Shown here piece by piece: positions 9,102 through 16,493 of a DNA stretch of 27,665 nt (its first letter is position 1; every line of letters begins with the position of its first letter). Both the position numbers and the translations under genes were made by a program. Under the pieces are notes generated by a model. That model did not search any database. It was given only the letters and a program-made list of their open reading frames with translations, and was not told the DNA's origin. This DNA is from a virus (taxonomy: Duplodnaviria; Caudoviricetes): IMG/VR virus record IMGVR_UViG_3300023296_000894, positions 1-27,665 of that record; one strand, written 5' to 3'.

Positions 9102-9411
9102 TGTAATTATCCTCTTCTTTTCTTCTTGCTAATGCGCTGCCTGTTAATAATGCACCAAACGCCAAATGAAACATACCTGCACCTTTAAGCGTCAGTGGTT
9201 CATAAGGTGCCCATGCTAATTCTATTAATTGCATTTGGATGTCGTGATCTACTTCTGATTGTACAAATACAGATGTATCTAATTGAGCCCTGGTTGCACC
9301 AACCCAAGTAGGGATTATAATAAAGTCAAAAATGCATATTATTGCATAAATCAAAGCAAGAATAGACTTCCAACCTTCACCTTTTTGTAGCCACACGAAG
9401 AAGTTTTTCAT
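9094..9411 (-). CDS. Small membrane protein (holin-like)
   Basis: Hydrophobic segments and a PLTLKGAGMFHLAFGALL motif; TAAATA just upstream. Confidence 0.6.
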   Translation of the reverse strand: MKNFFVWLQKGEGWKSILALIYAIICIFDFIIIPTWVGATRAQLDTSVFVQSEVDHDIQMQLIELAWAPYEPLTLKGAGMFHLAFGALLTGSALARRKEEDNYNE

Positions 9412-9439
9412 ACAACTATTTATGTATTATCTGTGTAGT

Positions 9440-9480
9440 TTGTTAGAATAAAGGGCCCGTTAGGCCCTTTATTCTAACAA
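9440..9480. terminator. Long hairpin, probably a bidirectional intrinsic terminator
   Basis: TTGTTAGAATAAAGGGCC-cgtta-GGCCCTTTATTCTAACAA perfect 18-bp inverted repeat. Confidence 0.75.
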
Positions 9481-9495
9481 TATTATGTGTTATTA

Positions 9496-9750
9496 CTAGC
9501 GTTGAAAGTTATTTGATTTCCAAATAGTTTTAGCATTTACCCTAATGAATTTCTTATCAGTTTCGTTAGGATTAGGGTTAGCAATAGTCACCATTACATT
9601 TTTACCAGCATCAAATGCCTTGCGCTGGTTAATCAAACGATCGCCACTGGCAAGATATGCTGCTCGCATCGCCCGCTTAGTTGCAGTGCTTACATTGCTG
9701 TGAACACCAGCACTTACATTACCTTTGCTCTTTCCGCCTTTTTTACCCAT
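9496..9750 (-). CDS. Hypothetical basic protein
   Basis: 84-aa ORF with AAGGA RBS and an upstream promoter. Confidence 0.7.
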   Translation of the reverse strand: MGKKGGKSKGNVSAGVHSNVSTATKRAMRAAYLASGDRLINQRKAFDAGKNVMVTIANPNPNETDKKFIRVNAKTIWKSNNFQR

Positions 9751-9785
9751 TTTGTTATTCCTTGTGTTAAGTTGTTAATATAATA

Positions 9786-9814
9786 ATTGTATACTAAGAG
9801 TATACCGTTGTCAA
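9786..9814 (-). promoter_or_regulatory. Sigma70-like promoter
   Basis: TTGACA-17 nt-TACAAT. Confidence 0.75.
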
Positions 9815-9818
9815 GAAT

Positions 9819-9841
9819 AAAGGGGCAGTTTCCTGCCCCTT
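9819..9841 (-). terminator. Intrinsic terminator after the porin gene
   Basis: AAGGGGCAG-gaaa-CTGCCCCTT followed by TATTCTT on the minus strand. Confidence 0.7.
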
Positions 9842-9861
9842 GTTGCCGTGACTTAGGTTTA

Positions 9862-10653
9862 TTAGAAGCTAAAGCTTACACCAGCGCCTACACTGTTTGT
9901 TTCAGCGTTAACGTTGTATGTGCCTTCTGCGTATACATTTAGACCAGTGAAGTCGTATGCTACACCAGCACCAACGTTTTGGAATGCGTCTGTATCGTCA
10001 CCGTTTACAAACGCTGTAGCGAAACTGTAACCTGCACTTGCTTCATAAGCAACTACTTCTGTTGCACTTGCATAGGTTACAATACCACCAACTGCAACGT
10101 CAGCAGTTACACTATAATCGGCTCGTACACCAACTGTATAGTCTTCGCTGTCGACGTTATAGTCTGCTACGCCAGTAACAGCACCTGCGCCGACGTCAAG
10201 TGTATAAGAACCTTGTACGTTTTCAATGTCGCCAATGTCGGTGGTGATGTTAGTGAATCCAATCAGCACTGCGGCAGAGCCAAATTCCACAATCAACGAC
10301 TCATGATCGCTTGCAGGGTTTGCAATAGTATCGCCGCCTACGATTTCAAAATTATTACCAATAAAAATGTCACCCTGATCTCCAAAAGACACAGTAACAG
10401 CATCAGTTGCTATGCCAAGTTGCCATTCGTCAACAGTCAAATTGCCAGCATCAACTGATTCAAGATTGAATCCGCTAAAAGCAAGGCCCGCGCCAGTGTC
10501 AGCAGTTACACCAAAACCCAGTGTGGTTTCAGCTACATAGTTGCCAGCTGTGTTTTCAGTAATTTCAACGCCAACTGAACCACCAAGTTCTGCTGCGGTG
10601 GTTGTGCCTGCTACGAATAGTGTGGCTACAGTTGCCATAAATAGATTGCGCAT
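9862..10653 (-). CDS. Outer-membrane beta-barrel (porin-like) protein
   Basis: Signal peptide MRNLFMATVATLFVAGTTTAA, alternating amphipathic beta-strand pattern, C-terminal GAGVSFSF ending in Phe. Confidence 0.8.
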   Translation of the reverse strand: MRNLFMATVATLFVAGTTTAAELGGSVGVEITENTAGNYVAETTLGFGVTADTGAGLAFSGFNLESVDAGNLTVDEWQLGIATDAVTVSFGDQGDIFIGNNFEIVGGDTIANPASDHESLIVEFGSAAVLIGFTNITTDIGDIENVQGSYTLDVGAGAVTGVADYNVDSEDYTVGVRADYSVTADVAVGGIVTYASATEVVAYEASAGYSFATAFVNGDDTDAFQNVGAGVAYDFTGLNVYAEGTYNVNAETNSVGAGVSFSF

Positions 10654-10686
10654 GTTTTATTTCCTTTTTACATGTGTTAAACAGTA

Positions 10687-10712
10687 AAGGGCAAGTTCGA
10701 TGCTTGCCCTTT
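10687..10712. terminator. Hairpin upstream of the porin gene (terminator or 5' stabilising stem)
   Basis: AAAGGGCAAG-ttcgatg-CTTGCCCTTT. Confidence 0.55.
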
Positions 10713-10732
10713 CACTATTATAGTTATAACAG

Positions 10733-10945
10733 TTATTTGCGTTTAGTCAATCGTTTTGATTGTTTAGTAGGCTTTTCAGCAACAATATTGGGTAAAGTGT
10801 TGCGTTCTAGCAACGGTAACACTGCTGCTTCTGATTGACTGCGGTTCCATTTGAACTGCTTTTCTGCTTCTTTAAGCATATCCTCTACGGCATCGTGCCT
10901 TGCTATAATGCCGTAGAGCATTCGATCTATTTCGATCCAATTCAT
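10733..10945 (-). CDS. Hypothetical protein
   Basis: 70-aa ORF with ATGA overlap to the upstream gene. Confidence 0.65.
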   Translation of the reverse strand: MNWIEIDRMLYGIIARHDAVEDMLKEAEKQFKWNRSQSEAAVLPLLERNTLPNIVAEKPTKQSKRLTKRK

Positions 10946-11172
10946 CCGCCGACATAAGTTTCTGTTTTTGGTCTATAAAAGTTTTTTTGATTGTGAAGCC
11001 GACCGAGGAGATCTTGTATCTCCTTTACCTCACGATCCGCAAGCTGCTGATTTTCAATGTCAGCAGCAGTTAATTTGTATTCAGTAACTGTGCGCTGTCT
11101 ATCACGTAGTGCATGTTCGATCATTTCGATGTCACGCACTGTTAGTTCAAATTCTGTATTGGGTTTTGTCAT
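10942..11172 (-). CDS. Hypothetical protein
   Basis: 76-aa ORF with ATGA overlaps on both sides. Confidence 0.7.
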   Translation of the reverse strand: MTKPNTEFELTVRDIEMIEHALRDRQRTVTEYKLTAADIENQQLADREVKEIQDLLGRLHNQKNFYRPKTETYVGG

Positions 11173-11756
11173 AGTGTGTCTGCTATTTTGTGATTAACTT
11201 CTGCGTGGCCTTGCTCGTCTGCTCTCACTGCTATTACAACATCACGCAATGTTGCGTCATCTGCTAGATTATAATAGTCACGAGCAATGTTGGGTGCAGG
11301 AATATTTTCTGTTCTTCCTGCATCAATCTCTTCCAGGTAGTGAGTGTAGCTGATCACTGCTTGATCTTCAAAGTAGCCTACCATTCTGTGTGCTGTGGTT
11401 GGGAAGAATACGTAAAGAATAAAATAAAAGTGCCAAAACACAAACTGTGCAAATAGAATCAACAGTCTTTCAAAGCGACTTGGCTTTGCGATCTCAACAA
11501 AGATCATAAGATGCATACGCTCGTTTTCTGCTTCTTCTAGCAGCGTTTTGATCCAGCCACGTTCGTCTGGTGCTATGTTGCGCAGGCTGCGTAGGTGCTG
11601 CCACATACCTGCTACCATGCCTGGAACACCTGCCACAGTCTCTAGAACAACTGCACGATGTCCATAGCGTTTGGCGAAGAATGTGTCCGCGAACCAACGA
11701 AAAGTCATTGTTAAAAAATAAGCAACTCTATCACTGAAGTCTTTGGGCTGTCTCAT
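11169..11756 (-). CDS. aox: Alternative oxidase (ubiquinol oxidase, di-iron)
   Basis: LETVAGVPGMV, HLRSLR, LLEEAENERMHL, HRMVGYFEDQAVISYT, PAPNIARDYY, VRADEQGH. Confidence 0.93.
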   Translation of the reverse strand: MRQPKDFSDRVAYFLTMTFRWFADTFFAKRYGHRAVVLETVAGVPGMVAGMWQHLRSLRNIAPDERGWIKTLLEEAENERMHLMIFVEIAKPSRFERLLILFAQFVFWHFYFILYVFFPTTAHRMVGYFEDQAVISYTHYLEEIDAGRTENIPAPNIARDYYNLADDATLRDVVIAVRADEQGHAEVNHKIADTL

Positions 11757-12115
11757 ACATGTTCACCGTTGTTTGCACGGCCGTTGTACTTTGCGCCTGC
11801 TGTTACTAATTTGTTTATGGAAGTTGGGTTGCGGTTTGCTTCACGGAATGTGATAGCAGTGATTGCAACTCCACTGATCAGCAATATGTGAAACACTGCA
11901 CTGATGCCAAACGCAACAAAGCTGCCCAGCATAGCAGCAAAAAGGCCGCTCCATACAAATGCTAGACTTTGAAATACCATATGAGCCGCCATAGGGTCTA
12001 GATTCTTCAGTGGTGAATTTTCAATGGTCATTACGCTATCCCACATCTCTCTAGGCATAGCAATTACAGTCTTCACTGTGGTAACTATGCCTACTGGCTT
12101 TGCTTTTCTGTTCAT
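11753..12115 (-). CDS. Small membrane protein, translationally coupled to aox
   Basis: Start MNRKAK at 12115 (AAGGA RBS); two long hydrophobic segments. Confidence 0.75.
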   Translation of the reverse strand: MNRKAKPVGIVTTVKTVIAMPREMWDSVMTIENSPLKNLDPMAAHMVFQSLAFVWSGLFAAMLGSFVAFGISAVFHILLISGVAITAITFREANRNPTSINKLVTAGAKYNGRANNGEHV

Positions 12116-12143
12116 TGTGTGTCCTTTTGTATGTGTATATGTT

Positions 12144-12172
12144 AATTTAGCATTGTTTAGCGTATGTGTCAA
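12144..12172 (-). promoter_or_regulatory. Sigma70-like promoter of the aox operon
   Basis: TTGACA-17 nt-TAAATT. Confidence 0.65.
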
Positions 12173-12329
12173 GCATCGTTGCTGCGCTAAAGTGTAGCAG
12201 GTACTTACAGTTTCAGAGTGGTGCGTTTTGTATCCCACTATTTGTAACCCAATGTCCTAGTCCCAGTTTAACGGGCACATTCTCTTACCCAGCTGATAAA
12301 ACTATGTTAAACCTTTTTGCCGTCTGTAA

Positions 12330-12506
12330 GTGTAAGTTGATTCTGTTACTAGGTTCAACTTACAAAACCCTCACATACCCTTAGGCTGCTATTGCCATCT
12401 CTGGCGCTCTATTTGCGTTTGCATTTAGAATGTTTGACTGAATAACGTAGGTCAACACGAATACCTAAAAATAAGTTTTTAACGCCCGTCGATCCCTTTC
12501 GCCCCC
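12330..12506 (-). ncRNA. ssrA: Two-piece (permuted) tmRNA, coding piece; tag ANANRAPEMAIAA* at 12381-12422
   Basis: Starts GGGGGCGAAAGGGATCGAC; resume context TAAAT-GCA; tag ends in AA; 3' hairpin GTAAGTTGA...TAACAGAA-TCAACTTAC. The 3' end is approximate. Confidence 0.9.
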
Positions 12507-12538
12507 GGAGTAAAACACACATTTATATATGTGCTTTA

Positions 12539-12612
12539 TGGTGGAGGCGTTGGCCTTCGAAAGCCAAGTCCGGTACATCAATCACCTATTCGTGATTAAA
12601 CTATAAGACAGT
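12539..12612 (-). ncRNA. ssrA: Two-piece tmRNA, acceptor piece
   Basis: GGAC-TTGGC-TTTCGAAG-GCCAA-CGCCTCC-ACCA. CGCCTCC pairs with GGGGGCG including the G3:U70 Ala determinant, and CACGAATA pairs with TATTCGTG of the coding piece. The 5' end is approximate. Confidence 0.85.
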
Positions 12613-12613
12613 A

Positions 12614-13366
12614 TTATTTCCTATAGTATTCCATTCTACGACCTTTATACCAACCGTTTGGTATCTCGCCGCTCGTGTATTTATTTTCTTTTGTTGTTGG
12701 ATTATAGATCCAAAAATTTCCATAAACTCCAGACTTTCTCTTTAGCCTATCTCTTGCTTCTGTAATCCTTATCCATCCTTCTTGTATATTATATACGGAA
12801 AAAACTCGTTTGTCAAGATTGAATCTCGAAGTATCTGTAAGATTTTCTGGAACACACCAGCATTTGTCTTTCATACTATTATTTTCTTTTTGATATTTAG
12901 AAACTTTTTTGTATGATTCCTTATAGACATCAGGGTTGTCTCTAATCTTCCTTTCTTTAGATTCGTTAGCTTTTTTACTAAGATTTACAACTTCAGGGTC
13001 GCCCTTCTTAAATGAAGTTGATCGAAGTCCACCTCCTTTTTTAGCACCTTTTAATCTTGCTGCTTGGGCAGCAGGCGCCTTATTCCAAGTACTCCATCCT
13101 CCGTCGCCTTCTTCTATTTTAAGATTAGCCCATTCGTTAGATTCGACAATATTAAAACGGTTGCTGTATTCTATGCCCTTTTCTTTAATAACATCTTTAC
13201 TGTCTGTTATTATTAATATTTCTGTAGAGATATCAGCACCGTGTTTTTTAAGATGATTTGTCCATCGTGTACCACTGCCTTTATAAGTATATGGGTCAGC
13301 AGATGTCTGACCTAGGTATTTTAATCCTGTTTGATTGTGTGTTTTTACATATAAATAATATGTCAT
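12614..13366 (-). CDS. GIY-YIG (Seg-like) homing endonuclease
   Basis: YYLYVKTHNQTGLKYLGQT..DPYTYKGSGTRW..HLKKHG...WANLKIEEGDGG; C-terminal IPNGWYKGR DNA-binding-type motif. Confidence 0.85.
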   Translation of the reverse strand: MTYYLYVKTHNQTGLKYLGQTSADPYTYKGSGTRWTNHLKKHGADISTEILIITDSKDVIKEKGIEYSNRFNIVESNEWANLKIEEGDGGWSTWNKAPAAQAARLKGAKKGGGLRSTSFKKGDPEVVNLSKKANESKERKIRDNPDVYKESYKKVSKYQKENNSMKDKCWCVPENLTDTSRFNLDKRVFSVYNIQEGWIRITEARDRLKRKSGVYGNFWIYNPTTKENKYTSGEIPNGWYKGRRMEYYRK

Positions 13367-13434
13367 TGCTGGAAATCTCCTTTAGTATTTTTAGAGTAGT
13401 TGGGACTGCCATCCGCGAACTACATTATTATTTA
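13367..13434 (-). promoter_or_regulatory. TAAATA late promoter plus conserved structured leader (copy 1)
   Basis: TAAATA..TGTAGTTCGCGGATGGCAGTCCCAACTACTCTA..AGGAG..CAGCAATG; a homologue lies at 18676-18747. Confidence 0.75.
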
Positions 13435-13456
13435 TCTAAAAGAGTTATTTTTGCCC

Positions 13457-13508
13457 GGTACCGCCCCCAGGTCCAGAATGTGTCCACGTTGTTTCAACGT
13501 TTACAAGT
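13457..13508 (-). pseudogene. Truncated second tmRNA acceptor piece
   Basis: GGACCTGGGGGCGGTACC has the alphaproteobacterial-type GGCGGTA T-loop but is not followed by an acceptor strand or CCA; lies directly after a promoter. Confidence 0.7.
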
Positions 13509-13509
13509 T

Positions 13510-13539
13510 TATTTATACACTCTTTTTATGATTTGTCAA
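13510..13539 (-). promoter_or_regulatory. Promoter of the tmRNA locus (TTGACA plus TATAAATA)
   Basis: TTGACA-16 nt-TATAAATA could act as a sigma70 promoter, a T4-type late promoter, or both. Confidence 0.7.
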
Positions 13540-13745
13540 CTATTTCGATCTGCTCTGGTGTTTCCGCGATCTAGATACCACGGATCCAAATTCAACTGTT
13601 GAGCAACTTCTGCCGCTTGTTCTACACTGTTACAGCTGGTGACCATGTCGCCTTTGCGGCCGCCTGTGCGGATTCGCCACAGTGTCTTACCCAGTGTGGT
13701 AACTTCTTCGTATACCTTAAAATCGTTTCTTACTTTAGTAACCAT
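13536..13745 (-). CDS. Hypothetical protein
   Basis: 69-aa ORF, AAGGA RBS. Confidence 0.7.
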   Translation of the reverse strand: MVTKVRNDFKVYEEVTTLGKTLWRIRTGGRKGDMVTSCNSVEQAAEVAQQLNLDPWYLDRGNTRADRNS

Positions 13746-13756
13746 TGTATGTTCCT

Positions 13757-13993
13757 TTACTCTATGGTTTGGTTGATGTATTTTTTGTATAGTTCTAAAC
13801 TGTCTCGTTCCAATACAGGATCAAACTCTTTGTTAGGATATTTGATACGGGCAAAGGTAAGTTGAGCATCAGTTAGCCACACTACCTCGCCGGCATCCCA
13901 CGATCTGTTTAATATCTGTGTCCAAACAGTATAACAGCGTTTTCGATCACGCTGACGAACGGGCTGGGGTATAGGTGCGGACCACTTGTTCAT
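13757..13993 (-). CDS. Hypothetical protein
   Basis: 78-aa ORF, ATGA overlap. Confidence 0.65.
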   Translation of the reverse strand: MNKWSAPIPQPVRQRDRKRCYTVWTQILNRSWDAGEVVWLTDAQLTFARIKYPNKEFDPVLERDSLELYKKYINQTIE

Positions 13994-14373
13994 CTGCCCA
14001 GCCTCACAGGAGTTTTAATAGGTCCTACGTGTCCAACTTTGTCGCCTGGTTCTGCAGGTTCTACACGATGTCCATGCATACGCAGCAGTGTTGTTTTTTT
14101 TGGCTTCAGCCATTTTACTTCGTAGGCAACATCGTGTTTGAAATATTCATCTACCCAGAGTGTGTATATTTTTTGTATACCAGTATAGGTCTTGCTGTGT
14201 TGTCTGCCCTTGCTAAGAGTCATTTTAACGTCTGCCCGCTTGTAGTCATCTTCAATCGCATAGATACGATACAACTCGTAGCCCAAGCGAGGCAAGCGAA
14301 CAGCATTGCAGGCTGTGCGACTTTGCGTAAGCCGTTGTTTGAAGTCTACATCAAAACGATGACACGATGACAC
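13990..14373 (-). CDS. Hypothetical protein (start uncertain)
   Basis: ORF in a tightly packed minus-strand array. Confidence 0.55.
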   Translation of the reverse strand: MSSCHRFDVDFKQRLTQSRTACNAVRLPRLGYELYRIYAIEDDYKRADVKMTLSKGRQHSKTYTGIQKIYTLWVDEYFKHDVAYEVKWLKPKKTTLLRMHGHRVEPAEPGDKVGHVGPIKTPVRLGR

Positions 14374-14710
14374 CTTCTCGTACTTCTCCTTTTAACACAC
14401 GCCAAGTGTATTCTCGTTCTTTCCGTTCGCGGTACTGTGTGCGAAGTCCATCTTTGTCTCTGCACCACGCTCGCATACGTTCAGCATTGCCATAAGCTTG
14501 AGCAGGCAACTTGAAAAATACTTCATTTACGATTTCAGGCAGGCGCGGCTTGTTCCAATGATCAGCACGACCACAAGCAAGTTGTAGATCGTTGCAGATA
14601 ACTGCGGTCAAAAATCCACCTGGCATATAACCGTGCAGCAGATAGTTTTCAAGACCTTCGTCCAGCAAACTGTTGCCAGTGTTGATATCAGTATAACGGA
14701 TCATTGCCAT
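14351..14710 (-). CDS. Hypothetical phage protein
   Basis: 119 aa; contains YLLHGYMPGGFLTAVICNDL..A..RAD..N. Confidence 0.7.
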   Translation of the reverse strand: MAMIRYTDINTGNSLLDEGLENYLLHGYMPGGFLTAVICNDLQLACGRADHWNKPRLPEIVNEVFFKLPAQAYGNAERMRAWCRDKDGLRTQYRERKEREYTWRVLKGEVREGVIVSSF

Positions 14711-14892
14711 TCATTTCCACGATTAATTTCTTCCTGTGTAAACTGTCCACCCATTCGATCCGGATTCAGTCTCCAGCCCATATCACTGTTTTGGTGTTCC
14801 AGATGTGCAACACGCTTTTGCAAACGCCAAATCTCTAGTACAAGATCCTGTTTCTTCATCTTCATCAGTTTGTTGAATTCTTGCTCAGTCAT
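14701..14892 (-). CDS. Hypothetical protein
   Basis: Start MTEQEF at 14892 after AGGAGG. Confidence 0.65.
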   Translation of the reverse strand: MTEQEFNKLMKMKKQDLVLEIWRLQKRVAHLEHQNSDMGWRLNPDRMGGQFTQEEINRGNEWQ

Positions 14893-14934
14893 TGTGTGCC
14901 TCCTATATACATTTATAACACACAGACACAAACA

Positions 14935-15237
14935 TTACAAGTAAAAAGTTTCTTTAGATTCCAGTGGCATAGCCATCAACAGCAAAGTGTGATATTTTTC
15001 TCCGCGGAAGTAGATGCGTTTGCTGCTCCATCGTTTGCCCTTATGATGAGCAACACCTCGATAGTTACCATCGCCATATACACGGCCAGCAAACTCCCAA
15101 AACTCTGGTCCGAGGTTAGCGCGGCAATATTTGGTATAACGATTGTAGTTGTTCCAGTCGTTGCTGTCAAACTCCACATAGCAATCAAACCCATAACGGT
15201 GCAGATTGTATCGTTTATCGGTTTTACGAAGTTTCAT
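14935..15237 (-). CDS. Hypothetical protein
   Basis: 100-aa ORF in the array. Confidence 0.65.
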   Translation of the reverse strand: MKLRKTDKRYNLHRYGFDCYVEFDSNDWNNYNRYTKYCRANLGPEFWEFAGRVYGDGNYRGVAHHKGKRWSSKRIYFRGEKYHTLLLMAMPLESKETFYL

Positions 15238-15466
15238 TTTTCCATTCCACAGCCTGTAGTTGAATCATTAAAAACTCTTTACGATCAACTGGTGTCATTA
15301 TTCCTGTTTGTCTATTTTTAACATACTTTACTTCATCTGTCAACGGGTCCCAACTCCAAATACGAGAAGAGAAGACCAGTGGGGGTGAGCCTATTGCTGC
15401 ATGACGATAGTATTTTATATTGTTATATCGCCACTTTTCGGGCATTTCATAAAACATCACCTTCAT
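15224..15466 (-). CDS. Hypothetical protein
   Basis: 80-aa ORF, GAGG RBS, ATGA overlap. Confidence 0.65.
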   Translation of the reverse strand: MKVMFYEMPEKWRYNNIKYYRHAAIGSPPLVFSSRIWSWDPLTDEVKYVKNRQTGIMTPVDRKEFLMIQLQAVEWKNETS

Positions 15467-15615
15467 TTGATACGTGCCTCTGTGTATTTTGTGTTAGCAT
15501 ACAGTTTTTTACCGTTTGTGCGAATCATATCAACCAGTGATTGTGGTTTATCTTCAGGGTATGCTATGTCCCAGTTTTCTACTTCTTTATTACACACGAT
15601 ACAATTTGTTTTCAT
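15463..15615 (-). CDS. Small hypothetical protein (50 aa, MKTNCIVCNKEV...)
   Basis: Manually found; ATGA overlaps at both ends; below the ORF-track cutoff. Confidence 0.6.
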   Translation of the reverse strand: MKTNCIVCNKEVENWDIAYPEDKPQSLVDMIRTNGKKLYANTKYTEARIK

Positions 15616-15833
15616 GCTTCTTGTGTTCCTAGTTCATAGTTCCAACCCTTGCCGCCAAGTGTTTTGAGATTTTTCCATTTATCTGCTTCTTCCTTACACT
15701 GAGCCGACTGTCCCATACTGCCTACCACAGCAAAACAACTGTCACAACGATAGGAGAAATCACCGTCAAAGTGAGCAGTTGATCCACACGGTAGAAATAT
15801 TGTATTAAGAACGGTCATTCTTTTGGTTTCCAT
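15612..15833 (-). CDS. Hypothetical Cys-rich (Zn-finger-like) protein
   Basis: PCG...YRCDSCFAVVGS...C. Confidence 0.6.
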   Translation of the reverse strand: METKRMTVLNTIFLPCGSTAHFDGDFSYRCDSCFAVVGSMGQSAQCKEEADKWKNLKTLGGKGWNYELGTQEA

Positions 15834-16135
15834 AGTTTAGCAAATTTCAACACATTTGGCAGTTCTTCAGTAAGTTTGGTATAAGTTACTGCACAACTCT
15901 TACGCCCGTCTAATGTCGTGTTTTCGTGTCCTAGATAGACATTATCAAGGGCGGCAATCTTATCAAACTCTTTTTGATTAACACGAATCACACATTTCTT
16001 AAATGACATACGCAACCAGTTATTGTAATGTCTGTCATTTTGAAATTGTAAATGAGCCCCAAGAACAGCATGTGCCACAAGAGTAGGCGTCATATAGTCT
16101 GGAAACTCATCTAATACACAAATATACATTTTCAT
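15815..16135 (-). CDS. Putative peptidyl-tRNA hydrolase, PTH2-like
   Basis: KMYICV...LVAHAVL...WLRMSFKKCVIRV pattern and a size typical of PTH2-fold proteins. Confidence 0.6.
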   Translation of the reverse strand: MKMYICVLDEFPDYMTPTLVAHAVLGAHLQFQNDRHYNNWLRMSFKKCVIRVNQKEFDKIAALDNVYLGHENTTLDGRKSCAVTYTKLTEELPNVLKFAKLWKPKE

Positions 16136-16359
16136 TCTGCCACATGTCCTCCTGTAGGGTTTTGTTGATACACAGCATCGCCAAGGTTGATCAACTTCTC
16201 GATATGTTTCGGTTCAAAGTTCCACGCTGGCTCCGTCATATTTACAAGATTGTATCCATGACGATGTACACAGCGACCATAGTAGAGAGCATAGCCATCA
16301 CCGTGCGGCTCGATTGTATATCTGTTTTCACACTTACATTCACCAAACGGATCAGTCAT
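16132..16359 (-). CDS. Hypothetical protein
   Basis: Start MTDPFG at 16359 after AGGAG; ATGA overlaps. Confidence 0.6.
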   Translation of the reverse strand: MTDPFGECKCENRYTIEPHGDGYALYYGRCVHRHGYNLVNMTEPAWNFEPKHIEKLINLGDAVYQQNPTGGHVAE

Positions 16360-16493
16360 AGCATTACTCCTAATAAAATTCCAAGTCCGAAAACAGCAAT
16401 TACAGTCCCAATCACATACCAAAAAGCAGGACCCAAAATCATTCCAGCAGCAAGAACGACCAAGTATGGAAATTCAATAATTTTTTTAAGCAT
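16356..16493 (-). CDS. Small membrane protein (45 aa, MLKKIIEFPYLVVLAAG...)
   Basis: Manually found; fills the gap with overlaps on both sides; strongly hydrophobic. Confidence 0.6.
   Translation of the reverse strand: MLKKIIEFPYLVVLAAGMILGPAFWYVIGTVIAVFGLGILLGVML

Noticed and set aside
11169-11756. PTOX of cyanophage type
   Set aside because: LETVAGVPGMV and ENERMHL are AOX-type signatures.
12500-12575. Standard tRNA-Ala gene
   Set aside because: The CCA end precedes the GGGGGCG 5' strand and there is no anticodon arm, which fits a permuted tmRNA.
12539-13474. Group I intron in the tmRNA T-loop carrying the GIY-YIG ORF
   Set aside because: Only about 90 nt upstream and under 75 nt downstream of the ORF are non-coding, and I see no group I core. 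The downstream piece has its own complete T-arm, and the upstream piece does not pair with the coding piece.
14358-14373. 8-bp tandem duplication (GTGTCATC x2) at a gene overlap as a phase-variation switch
   Set aside because: Only two copies and no other support; may be chance.
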